Shown: piece after piece, positions 25,293 through 36,041 of the stretch | Layout of the letters: every line of letters starts with the position of its first letter | Position numbering within the stretch: position 1 is the stretch's first letter | NCBI GenBank assembly: GCA_048882485.1 | Contig: JBHLRP010000001.1 | Location: 64,001 to 128,000 of the forward strand | Source of the DNA: Candidatus Thorarchaeota archaeon | Lineage (GTDB): Archaea > Asgardarchaeota > Thorarchaeia > Thorarchaeales > Thorarchaeaceae | Reading direction: 5' to 3' | Length of the DNA: 64,000 nt | Notes under the pieces: generated by a model | Seen by the model: the letters and a program-made list of their open reading frames with translations, nothing else | The model's database searches: none | Told to the model about the DNA's origin: nothing | Program-made: the position numbers and the translations under genes

Positions 25293-26197
25293 GGCGCTTT
25301 TCCTCCGCTCTGGTCCTCTACCAGTTCGCGAATCTTGTCAAGTAAAATGAACCGTATCTCCTCTGAAGCTTGCTCATAGTCTGATAGTATCACTTTCACA
25401 ATCCCGCGTTCTTTGGCAAGCCGAGCCATATATTCTTGAATTTGGCGAGTTGCAAGAAATTCATTTTCCCTTACTTCTGCATCGGATGATACAGTCTTGA
25501 GTCCAGAAGTACTATGCTTGGCAAGGAACATAGCACGATGAGACTGTTCTTCAGGATGGACTAGAATCTCCAAGACGCCAGGGCTAATGTCTTGAAGACT
25601 GCCGGGAAGAATGTGGACGCCCTCAACCAACCCCTCAGCTCCCTCCTGCACCATTCTATCCACAGAATCACGGATAGTGGGTATAATCAATTCACATTGA
25701 GCCAAATATCCTCTGATCATTGGATCGAGTTCCTCAGGCTCCACTTTCCGATATTCATGGGCTTGGTAGGTATGACAGTGCAACTCCGGGTGTTCTTCCT
25801 TGGAATAAATGCATCTGAGTACCTGCCTGACTGTATCAGAACTAATGATTCGTGTAATTGAGAGAAAGACTATGAAGTCCAATGCTAGCATAGACTTACC
25901 AGTAGCTGATGCTCCCTCTAGTACTAATACGAGCGGAGGAATATCTCTTGTAGTTCTCCTTAATGTCTCGTATTTTGAGATCAGGTCATAATCCGCTAGA
26001 TATGATTCAGGTACATATTCTCGTGCAATTGATGCCACTGTTTCCATAGAGATGCCTGATTCAGATGCCGCAATTCTACTAGCCAGCTTCAATAGAATAT
26101 CATCTGTGTCACCATATGATAGACCAGCAGTCAAGAGCTTCCCACGTAATGGAGCCAATGGAAACGGTAGAGAATCACCGTGATAGTCAATCTTCAT
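25289..26197 (-). CDS. 2-phosphoglycerate kinase-like P-loop kinase
   Basis: LPF..LTAGLS N-terminal cone-like region; GASATGKS; SSDTVRQVLR; VEGVHILP. Confidence 0.78.
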   Translation of the reverse strand: MKIDYHGDSLPFPLAPLRGKLLTAGLSYGDTDDILLKLASRIAASESGISMETVASIAREYVPESYLADYDLISKYETLRRTTRDIPPLVLVLEGASATGKSMLALDFIVFLSITRIISSDTVRQVLRCIYSKEEHPELHCHTYQAHEYRKVEPEELDPMIRGYLAQCELIIPTIRDSVDRMVQEGAEGLVEGVHILPGSLQDISPGVLEILVHPEEQSHRAMFLAKHSTSGLKTVSSDAEVRENEFLATRQIQEYMARLAKERGIVKVILSDYEQASEEIRFILLDKIRELVEDQSGGKAP

Positions 26198-26224
26198 GCA
26201 GACTTCTATGTGCAGATAACCGAC

Positions 26225-26728
26225 TCAAAAGCCCTTCCATGAGCAGTATCCCTTTTCCTCTCTTCCTGGAGTTCCCCTGAATGACCTACCCGTCCTCGTT
26301 CGAGGGCTTCTTCGTTGCGGCTTTTGTCCTGCGAAAGGCCTGCTCATATCAACTGATTCATTCACATTCTCAATGTGTCTTTCAGACTCCTTAAACTCAC
26401 CATCTCGACTCCGAAGAAGGCACATGCACTCGTCATATTCCCTCACGTACCCTTTTGTCAAAAGATAGGTCTGGCCCTCCTGTAGAGAATCGGTGTCCTC
26501 ATTCCAAAGTGTCATGTTGATTCTTGCGGTTGAATCGCCGGCAACGATGTCTTGAACTAGGAGCCTTCTACCCGTTTTGCTTGAGCTTATATGTCGAGTT
26601 TGACTCGTTGAAACTACTTTGAGAAGTATCGCCACCGATTTGGTGAATGGAGTTAGGTCAGCAACCGAGGTTAGTTCTAGGCTTGATTCTTCTCCACCTG
26701 AGGATTCTATCAGTGATACCATGTTCAT
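26225..26728 (-). CDS. Single OB-fold ssDNA-binding protein (crenarchaeal SSB/hSSB-like)
   Basis: VADLTP..KVV..VAGDSTARINMTLWNE..KGYVREY; basic C-terminal tail. Confidence 0.8.
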   Translation of the reverse strand: MNMVSLIESSGGEESSLELTSVADLTPFTKSVAILLKVVSTSQTRHISSSKTGRRLLVQDIVAGDSTARINMTLWNEDTDSLQEGQTYLLTKGYVREYDECMCLLRSRDGEFKESERHIENVNESVDMSRPFAGQKPQRRSPRTRTGRSFRGTPGREEKGYCSWKGF

Positions 26729-26876
26729 TCTCCTTCCTGTATGTTGATACTCCTAAAGAACTACTACAGGAGCGGAAAATGATTCCAGAATGTCGCTACT
26801 CAACCGCAAATCCTAACCATTCATAAGTCGGTTTCGCCAAGATTACATGTTTCATTGCGAAGAGTGCAAGGATGAG

Positions 26877-27278
26877 ATGTCAGTGACAACTACTATTCTC
26901 ATAGTTGACGATGAGCCAGGAATAGTTGACATAATGACTGAGTATCTGAGCAGATACATAGATGATTTAGAAGTCATTCCTGCACTCGATGGAGAAGCAG
27001 CTCTAAAGAAGATATCTGAACTCAAGGGCGAAGGCAGGCTTCCTCAAATGACATTGATGGATCTCAAAATGCCAGTAATGGATGGAATAAGCTGCACCAA
27101 GAAACTGACAGAACAAGGCGTTGAGAATGTGCACATCCTCACTGCTTATGTTGATCGTGAACTCATTAGCAAAGCTGTTTCCGCTGGAGCAAAGGGACTG
27201 TTGATGAAAAGCGAAGGCCTCCGCACAATTGCCATGAAAGTGGCTGAGATGATTCGAGTGATGCGCCCGTCGATATGA
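26877..27278 (+). CDS. Stand-alone CheY-like response regulator receiver
   Basis: ILIVDDE, MDLKMPVMDG, LTAY, LMKS. Confidence 0.9.
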   Translation: MSVTTTILIVDDEPGIVDIMTEYLSRYIDDLEVIPALDGEAALKKISELKGEGRLPQMTLMDLKMPVMDGISCTKKLTEQGVENVHILTAYVDRELISKAVSAGAKGLLMKSEGLRTIAMKVAEMIRVMRPSI

Positions 27279-27371
27279 GGAGCTTCTTTTTTGACGATTA
27301 AGTATCCACAATCCTTTTCTGTTCTAAATCGAGTGGAAGCAAACCGCGACAGATTATGTGAGGATATCAAT

Positions 27372-28937
27372 ATGCCCCGCTTCCGCCGAAGAAGACTTCT
27401 GATAGGCTTTCTAGCTGTATGTGGCGTAGTGATTCTCGCGAGCACAATACTTGCTTCAGCTCAAGCACCACCTGCAGGGTGGTTCGGAGACGAAGAGCAT
27501 CTGCATGCGAGAATTCTAGTCAATGATGTCAGCATTACCGCAACAGACCAAGCGCATCCAATTCCAATCGATGTCGAAGGCGATACAACAATCTACATCG
27601 AAATCGATGTAATTGGAACCCAGGCTATACATCACCTAAGGGGCGCCATTGGCTTTTGGTACCAGAGCATCAAAGTCTTTGAAATCACAGTAGCTCAAAA
27701 TGAGTCATCAGCATTGATGCAGCCGGATGACACTATACCTCCAGTGGGAGCGACCCTACCTATGGGAGATATTGTGACTACACAACTTGCTGGAATCTCA
27801 ATCGATGTTATCACAGGAATGTTCGAAGCCTCAGTTAGTCTATATTACCTTGTTGAAGGAGAGGTTGATGGTGTTGACACACCGCATGCAATTGAGCAAG
27901 TCTTCTTTCTCACACTCCCTCCCTCATCAGCGATAGACGCGATTACATCGATTGCTGGAATTGCTACCACGGTGGCCACCGGTGGTGCAATATTGGGTGT
28001 AGGCGCCAGTTTCAAGTCATTATTGGAAGGTGTTCAGACCGCCCACAAAGTACGCTCTATCCAAAAGAAGGCTGGGGAGATAAGATCTCTTCCAAATCTC
28101 ACGGTGCTGGGGGCACTACCTGCTCTATTTTCACTACTTTCAATGCAAGTGAGGATTCGAAAGAGGAAAGCCACAGATCAGGAGATTCAATCATACGAGA
28201 GAGGAGAAGGCGGAGTCAGTGAGTATCGAATTCGCCAGCGTGTGAGAGAGATTGCTCCTGAAGCATGGGCCAAAGACAAGTGTCCAAACTGCAGGACCAA
28301 GTGGCGAACCGATTCCGCGGAATGCAAGAAGTGTCATATCGATATCGAAGAAGCTCAGGAGAAATATGCTGACCTAATTGCCAGTAAAGTGCCCAAGGCA
28401 TTACAGGTGATGGGAAAGAAGAAATCACTATCAATTAGGAGACTTGCAAAGAGGACTAAGTCAAATGAGTACAATGCTGGAGTCCTTGGGGCAGCGCTTG
28501 TCGATTCAGAAGTAACAGAGATACAGAAGATCGAAACTCCAGTTCGGAGCTTTGTGATGAACATTGGTGGGCTGGCTTTTCTCGTTCTCACTTGGCAGAC
28601 ACTGCTAGGAGGCGCAGCTAGCACATTCCAAACGACTCTTACGGTTGTGGGAGGTGCTCTATCCCTTGCTGTAATCGTAGCGCTTTACTTCTCAAGGAGG
28701 TCTCAGATTCAAAAGCTGAGAGTTACCCTTGATGATCAAGAGATCTCTGTGGCTGAGGAAGTCGAAGTTGAACCTGAGGTTGAACCTCCAGGAGAGGATG
28801 CTGAGGCTGAGCCAGAGGAAGAGGATTTTGCTGCGGAGGAATCTTCTGACATTGGTGAAGAAGAATCTGAAACTCAGACTGATGAGGAATCGATGGACAT
28901 CGATGATGAGAACTATTCAGAATGGGATGAGGAGTGA
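27372..28937 (+). CDS. Hypothetical membrane protein with ectodomain, Zn ribbon and acidic tail
   Basis: Signal/TM after RRRR; CPNC..CKKC; about 4 further TMs; Asp/Glu-rich C-terminus. Confidence 0.75.
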   Translation: MPRFRRRRLLIGFLAVCGVVILASTILASAQAPPAGWFGDEEHLHARILVNDVSITATDQAHPIPIDVEGDTTIYIEIDVIGTQAIHHLRGAIGFWYQSIKVFEITVAQNESSALMQPDDTIPPVGATLPMGDIVTTQLAGISIDVITGMFEASVSLYYLVEGEVDGVDTPHAIEQVFFLTLPPSSAIDAITSIAGIATTVATGGAILGVGASFKSLLEGVQTAHKVRSIQKKAGEIRSLPNLTVLGALPALFSLLSMQVRIRKRKATDQEIQSYERGEGGVSEYRIRQRVREIAPEAWAKDKCPNCRTKWRTDSAECKKCHIDIEEAQEKYADLIASKVPKALQVMGKKKSLSIRRLAKRTKSNEYNAGVLGAALVDSEVTEIQKIETPVRSFVMNIGGLAFLVLTWQTLLGGAASTFQTTLTVVGGALSLAVIVALYFSRRSQIQKLRVTLDDQEISVAEEVEVEPEVEPPGEDAEAEPEEEDFAAEESSDIGEEESETQTDEESMDIDDENYSEWDEE

Positions 28938-28977
28938 TGGCTCTTTTGCCATCACCCTCTTGCCATTTCTCTCAGCA

Positions 28978-31900
28978 CTATTCAGTAGGTACTGAACTCC
29001 TTTTGGCGACCGCACCTGTGACCTTGCCTAGGACTTGAATTATCTTCGAAGCAATGAATGGAATTACCACTAGGAAGAGAACTGGCATCAACACTATAAT
29101 GGCGAGCTGGAAGCTCTGCAGGAATTCCATTGACATCACTGTAGTGGCGCCCACCACAACCAGGAACATCAGGAATTTGAGGCGGATTGAAGAACTGAAC
29201 CTGTTGATCATTGATATCTTCTCATCTTCAACAATTCTGCGAGGTGTTCCTGCTTCTTCCATTCTCATTACTTTCTTGATTCCCTTGCTTACTTCCCTGT
29301 ACAGATTCACAACCACAACGATGATTGATGACACATATGCCGCGAAGATCGTAGTCATTATCGTTGGGATGGTCAAATCACCGAAGGAGGTTGAGACCTC
29401 AATGATGTATGCCCTGAACCAATCTATTCCCGTGCCATATAGCAGCATCATCACAATGACCACTGGCACAAACACGAGATGCCAGAGACCCAAGACAATC
29501 CTGCCCCTGTTCAGAGCCCCTTTGATGAGGACGGCAGAAACAGCATCTCGGTAAAGCCAGAGGCCATACATGAGAACCGACATTCCGAGCAGGGCTACAG
29601 TAAGCACCAATGCAAGACCAAGTTCTGCTTGTAGGAAGTACCAATATGATGCCATCAAGCCTGCACCGCTACCAAGTGCCATCAGCAGGTATATTCTATC
29701 CATCCGCCTAACCGACCTTCGAAGACCTTCAACAGATTCGTCATCTATTCTTGTAGAAGCTGAGATTCTGAAGTATACAAACATGCCAATGAGGCTTAGT
29801 AGGAATGATAATCCAGCTCCTATACTGACTGATTGAGTTGACAATGTGAAATCCGGCGTGGCGGGGCTTATCGTTATGGTTTCTGTTGTATCGGTAGCCT
29901 GCACAAACTGGCCTTGAGCAGTAATGCTCACGGTAAATTCACCATATCCCTCGGTTGCTGGAATCTGTATTATACTGGCTTCATAGGTCCCTATCGCATA
30001 AGTTTCAGTTGCCTGAACTGGAGGCAAATCCATCAAAGATACTGTTACATCCAAGTCCGGAATTGGATTTCCGTAGATGTCTTGGATCGCTATGGCAACT
30101 AGTAATGATTGGCCTTGAGTGCCCGATTCTGGGAAGAATGTAACATCAAAGACGATTTGGCCTGTAACGACCAAGACACCTTCCAGAGCGTCACCAGTCT
30201 CAATGTCGTCATGTTGGACAGATACAGAATAGTTGTATTCGCCAGGTGACCATCCAACGGTCGTTACTTGAGCAGTATACACACCGGGAGTGCTCTCTTG
30301 CATAGGATAGGATAGCGCTTTCACAAAGAACGTCACAGTTGCACCAGAGACTGGACGGTCGAGCCAATCGACAAGAGTCAGTTCCATTGTTGTCTGGCCT
30401 CCTTGTGCAACTGTATCGCCTCCAAGGGACCTGATGGATGAATATGCACTTGCATCTGCAAATGCACGAATAGTGTATTCCTTTGACCATGGATTTGCGT
30501 AGGTTGCATTCACATAGACCATGAAGGTGTTCTCACCAACTAGAAAGTCGGCCAAGACCATGAACATAAAATCAGGCTCTCCAGTCACCCCTGTTTGGGT
30601 GTACCTTGTGCCATTGATTTCGATGATTACGGATGTACCTTGGAAGACTGGGCCAAATGTGTCTTTGACGAACACATTCACCTCAAAGGTGGCACCCGCC
30701 TCAACCCTTGGTGTGAAGAACACATTTGGTATTAGATCACCGAATACTTCAAACTCGATCTGCTGAGCAGGATTCTCCCTTATTCGGTCCTTAATGACAT
30801 GTAATTCAAATGTGTAATTTCCAATCCCCAAATCTATACTTCTATTGAACAGATAGATTCCAGGCGTTGCAGTAGGATCGAGATTGAAAATTGTGGGTCC
30901 ACTCCTAAGAAATGCATTTGCACCATTCACAGGTCGACCATAGGCATCGAAAATCTCAAACGCAGCCTCAATTCTGTCATTCTGCTGCACAATTGCAGGG
31001 AAATCTGATACTATACTGAGAGTTGATGCTAAGGTAAGAACTTCGATGTTGCGCTCTCCAAATCCTGGACCAATTCCGTAGGGATGAGTTGCCGTTGCAC
31101 CTATGGGATGAAGGCCTGCAGGCAGCTGCACCTCAGCAACCTCCAAGAAATAGGAGTCATTAATCGGAACTGCAGGGTAATCCGAACCGCCAATATGAAC
31201 CATGACCGAAGAGTCATTCACTCTCCCTTCCAAATTGTCGTGAACCAGAACCTCAATAGTCATATTGCCTCCCTGATAGACCAGTTCAGGCGCAAAGACT
31301 AGCACATGAAGATTGCTTCTTACTGTGACTGCATCAGGCCATGAAGCGTATCTGAAATGATAGAAATTATGATTGACAAGCACACTAAGGTTAACAGGTC
31401 CAATTGGCCAAGAAGCGTCTGTCCATGATTCGTAATGTGACTCATCTGGATTGTAATATGAATTGAATGAGGGCGTCTGCAAACCTTCAGGCGTTATGAA
31501 ACTGGCTTGTACATAGACCGCTGCATCATCCACAGATTCGCCGTAGATATTGAGGACGGTAACATTTGCCTTGAATTCATTTCCCTGGTCAACGATAGTT
31601 GGTGCATACTCAATACCCACAGATAACCTGTAGAACAAATCCAAATCCCGAATTGCCCCTATTACCGCCTTTCCCACATCCGTCACGATGGGATATGCGG
31701 CAATCTCCATCCCATTACCGGGATCAATATCCCCGATAGGTATTGGGACATAGACCTCTCCGACTACAGCAGTTCTGATGTCACCATCATTCGATATTAT
31801 CGTGAGAAGGCCATCCTCCTTGGTGAACAAGAGAAACTCATTGACCGGCCAACCATTGAAATCTGTTTCAATGGCACTAAGAGGCGTCGATCCTGTCACC

Positions 31901-34485
31901 TGAATGGTCCACTCAATCTCGAGAGTCGTACCGATTTTTGTCAGCATCAGCTCCCCGCTGTCATGAAGAACAACGAGTTCGTCTATGCCGTCGAGATTTG
32001 CATCAAATGGAGCAAGGAAGGTCACGTCGTTATTCGGAATAATATACATCTCCAAATCTCCAATATTCTGAGCTGTTCCATCAAATAGATACAGTCTAGT
32101 CTCAGGGATGGGTCCAGTCCAAAATGTCATTCCGATAGCAAATTCCTCTGCACCGCCGAGGTTTCTTTCTAAGGTAGTCATTGACTTAGCTTGTACCGCA
32201 GAAAAGCCCCCAGTCGGGATTGTTATTGAGCTGTAGGTGTTGATATCAGATCCATCAACAATTTCGATGAGTGAGTTTCCTCGGATGATTGTCAAGTAAC
32301 TGGCTTTACCAGGTCCAGATTCTGCTCCAATTAAGAACTGAGGTCGAAGATCTGGATTGGTAGAATCCGTTAAGTTTCTCCAGGTCCATGTACCTGCACC
32401 ATCCATGCGTGCCAGTGTGAAAAAGTCGTTCGTATTGAGATGATACAATTCATCTATCCCATCTCCATCTCCATCGAGAATCTCCAAGGTACGTAGACCC
32501 TTCTGGAAAATCGGAGATACTGATGAATGATAAAGCCCGAAACTGCTTCCGTGTAAAACATATGCTTCTATTGTAACGTCCTTGCTTACCAGAGCGACTG
32601 GATCCAGAACTGAATCGCCATCAAACATGCCGCTGGCAAGCCTGAAGTCATACCCTGATGTGAAGTCGATAGGATATGAGTTCACAAGTGCTCCTTCTGG
32701 TAAGTATTTGTTCAGATATACCGTCTTTCCACTAGGATCCAATTCCAGACTGTATATCAAAGGAGTTCCATCTGAGAGATTCCCTTGCGCGATAAGATGA
32801 TGTGAATAGCCTGCACTATAAATCTCTGATTTATCATGTTGCCAGGCAAGGTGGCCCGTGACTTCGAAGATAAGAGGGTGAGTCTCATTGCCCCAATATC
32901 CCGTGTTATGATACACATCATTTACTGCAATGTAGTATTCGTAGTTAGCAGCTTCTAGGCCAACTAGAAACGCAAAAAACGTGTTGGCATTATCTGGTGT
33001 TTGCATTCCCCCTTGTGGCTGAGTCCACTCAGGATTTCCCTCCTTTCTGAAGAAGAATTCCGCTGATTCAACAGCAGTAGTTTCATGGACCCCCACTTCT
33101 ACTGTGATGAACTCATCAATAACCGTAGGATGAAGTGGATCAAGGGGTGCCTGTGTAACTTCCGGTGGTTCAAGTTCTGATACGAGTATGTAGAGGTCAT
33201 TGCCTGATGTGATGAAGATATCCTCCAGAACATCTTCATTGAGATCAAAGATGCGAATCGAATCTACTGTTTCAATGAGTGATTCAGTATACGCAATCTC
33301 TGCATTGCTACCGTGAATGAAACTCGGGTTCTCAGGATCAGCTATGAGGGCAACATCTGTGACTGTGTCCCGATCAATCATTCCTGTTTCAAATGATTGG
33401 GCGGTGGCATATACTCCTGGGGTTTCTCTAAAGATCTCCCAATTTGTACCGTTGATGAAAAACGCCAATCGCCAATTTGGTGTGCTCACGACAATGTCTT
33501 CCTGGCTATCACCAGTAAAATTACCAGTCTTAGCATATAGCTGACCTCCGGGAGGACCTACTCCAATCTGATAGATTTGTGCTAGATCGGTGCCTTGATA
33601 CAGAGTCAAATCCCCAAGAATATCAAGTATGGCTATGTCAGAGAAACCGCCACCATAGTCGAATCGAAGTATCCCCCTTGGAGTGGTATGCGTCATATTG
33701 AGATTGCATGTTCCATCCCCATTAACGACCCATACATGTGTATCGTTAGTCAGCACAATTTGATCCGCTGAAGGATCTGAGAATCTTCCTATAGCATTAT
33801 GGACCCTAAGATAGGTGCCCACATTGAAAGTACCAATAATGCTCCCTGTGCTGAGGTCTATTGTATGCATCGAATAATCTGGCGCCCAATTCGCTATAAA
33901 TGCCAAATCGGGTGATGTATCACCGTTAAAATCGCCTATCCCGAGCAAGGTTCCTGAGACACCTTGAAGGCCGGTCCATTCTGTCAGGGTGTCGTCATTC
34001 AAGTCCGCGATATATGGCGTCAGAGTGGTAGTGTCAAGCCGCTTCAACCCAATGAACTCGTCGTGGCCATCGTCGTCCACATCCTCAACAATGAGGTTGT
34101 TGTAAAGTGCATAAGCAGGTCCAACACTCATGTTGAAGGAAATGCCACTCAGAGGGTCCAAGAATAGAAGCAATTCATCTCCTGTATCTACGTAGGCGAA
34201 TCCAGTCAGCCCCATAGTTCTCGCAGGCGCCACGCGATATACACTGGGAGGAAGTGTAACATGCATTAGATTCTGTGGACCACCTACTGAAAGAATGCTA
34301 GCCTCTTCAGGAGTGGCATTGCTATTTACGGCAGCCATGTTTGCATCTCCTGAAATCAACGGAAACATGACCACAAATGTCAGAAAGACTATGCACATTG
34401 CTTTCACCAATTCCTTTTCAAAGCCATGTGCCTCTCTTGCTCCAGGTCTAAACCTGCTTGAATCGATTTTCAACGATTTCGCCAT
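28978..34485 (-). CDS. Giant surface protein: FG-GAP-like Ca-binding repeats, Ig-like domains, C-terminal ~7-TM domain
   Basis: DVDDDGHDE, GDFNGDTSPD, GNFTGDSQED, DLNEDVLED, GMFDGDSVLD, DGDGDGIDE, DANLDGIDE, GDIDPGNGME; seven hydrophobic stretches in the last ~280 aa. Confidence 0.85.
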   Translation of the reverse strand: MAKSLKIDSSRFRPGAREAHGFEKELVKAMCIVFLTFVVMFPLISGDANMAAVNSNATPEEASILSVGGPQNLMHVTLPPSVYRVAPARTMGLTGFAYVDTGDELLLFLDPLSGISFNMSVGPAYALYNNLIVEDVDDDGHDEFIGLKRLDTTTLTPYIADLNDDTLTEWTGLQGVSGTLLGIGDFNGDTSPDLAFIANWAPDYSMHTIDLSTGSIIGTFNVGTYLRVHNAIGRFSDPSADQIVLTNDTHVWVVNGDGTCNLNMTHTTPRGILRFDYGGGFSDIAILDILGDLTLYQGTDLAQIYQIGVGPPGGQLYAKTGNFTGDSQEDIVVSTPNWRLAFFINGTNWEIFRETPGVYATAQSFETGMIDRDTVTDVALIADPENPSFIHGSNAEIAYTESLIETVDSIRIFDLNEDVLEDIFITSGNDLYILVSELEPPEVTQAPLDPLHPTVIDEFITVEVGVHETTAVESAEFFFRKEGNPEWTQPQGGMQTPDNANTFFAFLVGLEAANYEYYIAVNDVYHNTGYWGNETHPLIFEVTGHLAWQHDKSEIYSAGYSHHLIAQGNLSDGTPLIYSLELDPSGKTVYLNKYLPEGALVNSYPIDFTSGYDFRLASGMFDGDSVLDPVALVSKDVTIEAYVLHGSSFGLYHSSVSPIFQKGLRTLEILDGDGDGIDELYHLNTNDFFTLARMDGAGTWTWRNLTDSTNPDLRPQFLIGAESGPGKASYLTIIRGNSLIEIVDGSDINTYSSITIPTGGFSAVQAKSMTTLERNLGGAEEFAIGMTFWTGPIPETRLYLFDGTAQNIGDLEMYIIPNNDVTFLAPFDANLDGIDELVVLHDSGELMLTKIGTTLEIEWTIQVTGSTPLSAIETDFNGWPVNEFLLFTKEDGLLTIISNDGDIRTAVVGEVYVPIPIGDIDPGNGMEIAAYPIVTDVGKAVIGAIRDLDLFYRLSVGIEYAPTIVDQGNEFKANVTVLNIYGESVDDAAVYVQASFITPEGLQTPSFNSYYNPDESHYESWTDASWPIGPVNLSVLVNHNFYHFRYASWPDAVTVRSNLHVLVFAPELVYQGGNMTIEVLVHDNLEGRVNDSSVMVHIGGSDYPAVPINDSYFLEVAEVQLPAGLHPIGATATHPYGIGPGFGERNIEVLTLASTLSIVSDFPAIVQQNDRIEAAFEIFDAYGRPVNGANAFLRSGPTIFNLDPTATPGIYLFNRSIDLGIGNYTFELHVIKDRIRENPAQQIEFEVFGDLIPNVFFTPRVEAGATFEVNVFVKDTFGPVFQGTSVIIEINGTRYTQTGVTGEPDFMFMVLADFLVGENTFMVYVNATYANPWSKEYTIRAFADASAYSSIRSLGGDTVAQGGQTTMELTLVDWLDRPVSGATVTFFVKALSYPMQESTPGVYTAQVTTVGWSPGEYNYSVSVQHDDIETGDALEGVLVVTGQIVFDVTFFPESGTQGQSLLVAIAIQDIYGNPIPDLDVTVSLMDLPPVQATETYAIGTYEASIIQIPATEGYGEFTVSITAQGQFVQATDTTETITISPATPDFTLSTQSVSIGAGLSFLLSLIGMFVYFRISASTRIDDESVEGLRRSVRRMDRIYLLMALGSGAGLMASYWYFLQAELGLALVLTVALLGMSVLMYGLWLYRDAVSAVLIKGALNRGRIVLGLWHLVFVPVVIVMMLLYGTGIDWFRAYIIEVSTSFGDLTIPTIMTTIFAAYVSSIIVVVVNLYREVSKGIKKVMRMEEAGTPRRIVEDEKISMINRFSSSIRLKFLMFLVVVGATTVMSMEFLQSFQLAIIVLMPVLFLVVIPFIASKIIQVLGKVTGAVAKRSSVPTE

Positions 34486-34679
34486 CCTTCAAGTTGTCGC
34501 GAATCCCTGCATGATACCTAATGTCGCTAAAATCGCGTACCTCTATTTCGATGCCCATCGCCCCTTTTATTGATTCTGAGTGGTTGAGTTCCTCCCACTG
34601 AATTCCAAACATTCAAGTTGTGCTTTTCCTCGCTCGAGGCAGGGCCTAAAGCTACAATTAGGTTGAGGAGATTCAAAGA

Positions 34680-36041
34680 ATGGTTGATGACATAGCTGTG
34701 ATTGGTTGTGGTGCTGCAGGTGCCACAGCCGCGTTACAGGCCAGGAAATTCAATCGCAAAGTCGAGATTTCGGTTTTCAATGCAGAGCCTTATTCTCAAT
34801 ATTCGCGCTGTGGTTTACCCTACACCATTTCTGGCAAGGTGGGCGATTTTCTTGACCTAGTTCTCATGCCACCCGATAATTGGGGGCAGTTGAAAATTGA
34901 TTCACACCTTGGTGTAACAGTTGACAAAATCGATCATGGCGCAAGAGAACTGCATTTCAGGAATGCAGAAGGTGAGGCCAAGCGAAAGTATGATGCATTA
35001 ATCTTTGCGACAGGAGCTGAAAATGCCGATCCACCAATCAAAGGTCTGGATAAGAAGCGTGTATACGGACTCCGTACGCTTGATGATGCGAAAGCTCTTG
35101 CCTCAGAAGTTGGTAAAGCAAAGAAAGCAGTCGTAATCGGAGGTGGCCTTGTCGGGATGGAGGCAGCTGAAGCCTTTCATGAGAAAGGTCTGGATGTCAC
35201 AGTGATTGAGTTTCTCCCTCATTGTCTACTAGCCATGGTAGACCCTGATATGGCGCAAATTGTTGAGGATCACTGTAGAGAACATGGTCTCAAGATAATT
35301 ATCAACACTGCGGCGCAAGAGATTCTCGGCGATGAATCACTAACTGGCGTCGTTCTCAAAAGTCGCGAAACTAATGAGGAGTCCACAATCGATGCTGACT
35401 TCGTGGTTGTTGCTACTGGAGTTCGTCCAGTAACCAAGCTGGCTGAGAGCATAGGTGTTAAGACTGGACCTACACGCGGAATTGCGGTTGATAAAAGGAT
35501 GAAGACCAATCTTGATGATGTGTACGCCTGCGGTGACTGTGTGGAGCATCAAGAGTTCATAACAAAGACACCTATAGCTGGAGGCCTCGGAACAATTGCT
35601 GTACGTCAGGGTAGAGTTGCTGGCATAAATGCCGCAGGTGGCGATGAAAGGTTCCCTGGGATAGTTGGTGCAAAGGTGACCAAGCTCTTTGGACTGGAAG
35701 TAGCAAGCACTGGATTAACTGAGGATATGGCAAAGCGACTTGAGGTGCCAATAGTCAAGGGTTCGATAAAGGGCAGCACAAAGCCCCCCTATTTTATTGG
35801 AGGAAAAGACATCAAGGTTAAAACCTACTTCAATAAAGAAACCGGGAAATTGGTGGGAGGCCAGATGGTAGGTCTCGAGGATGCCGCAATGCGAATCAAT
35901 GTCATCACGTTGGGCATTCAACACAATATCAATTCGGTGGACCTATTTGATTTCGAAAACTGTTATGCTCCAGCGATATGCGATACATGGGATCCCATCG
36001 TCGAGTCAGCAAGTGCGGCAAGACGACGTCTCAAGGTGTGA
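34680..36041 (+). CDS. CoA-disulfide reductase/NADH oxidase family flavoprotein
   Basis: GCGAAG FAD motif, YSRCGLPY redox Cys, GGGLVG NAD motif, VYACGD, YAP. Confidence 0.9.
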   Translation: MVDDIAVIGCGAAGATAALQARKFNRKVEISVFNAEPYSQYSRCGLPYTISGKVGDFLDLVLMPPDNWGQLKIDSHLGVTVDKIDHGARELHFRNAEGEAKRKYDALIFATGAENADPPIKGLDKKRVYGLRTLDDAKALASEVGKAKKAVVIGGGLVGMEAAEAFHEKGLDVTVIEFLPHCLLAMVDPDMAQIVEDHCREHGLKIIINTAAQEILGDESLTGVVLKSRETNEESTIDADFVVVATGVRPVTKLAESIGVKTGPTRGIAVDKRMKTNLDDVYACGDCVEHQEFITKTPIAGGLGTIAVRQGRVAGINAAGGDERFPGIVGAKVTKLFGLEVASTGLTEDMAKRLEVPIVKGSIKGSTKPPYFIGGKDIKVKTYFNKETGKLVGGQMVGLEDAAMRINVITLGIQHNINSVDLFDFENCYAPAICDTWDPIVESASAARRRLKV

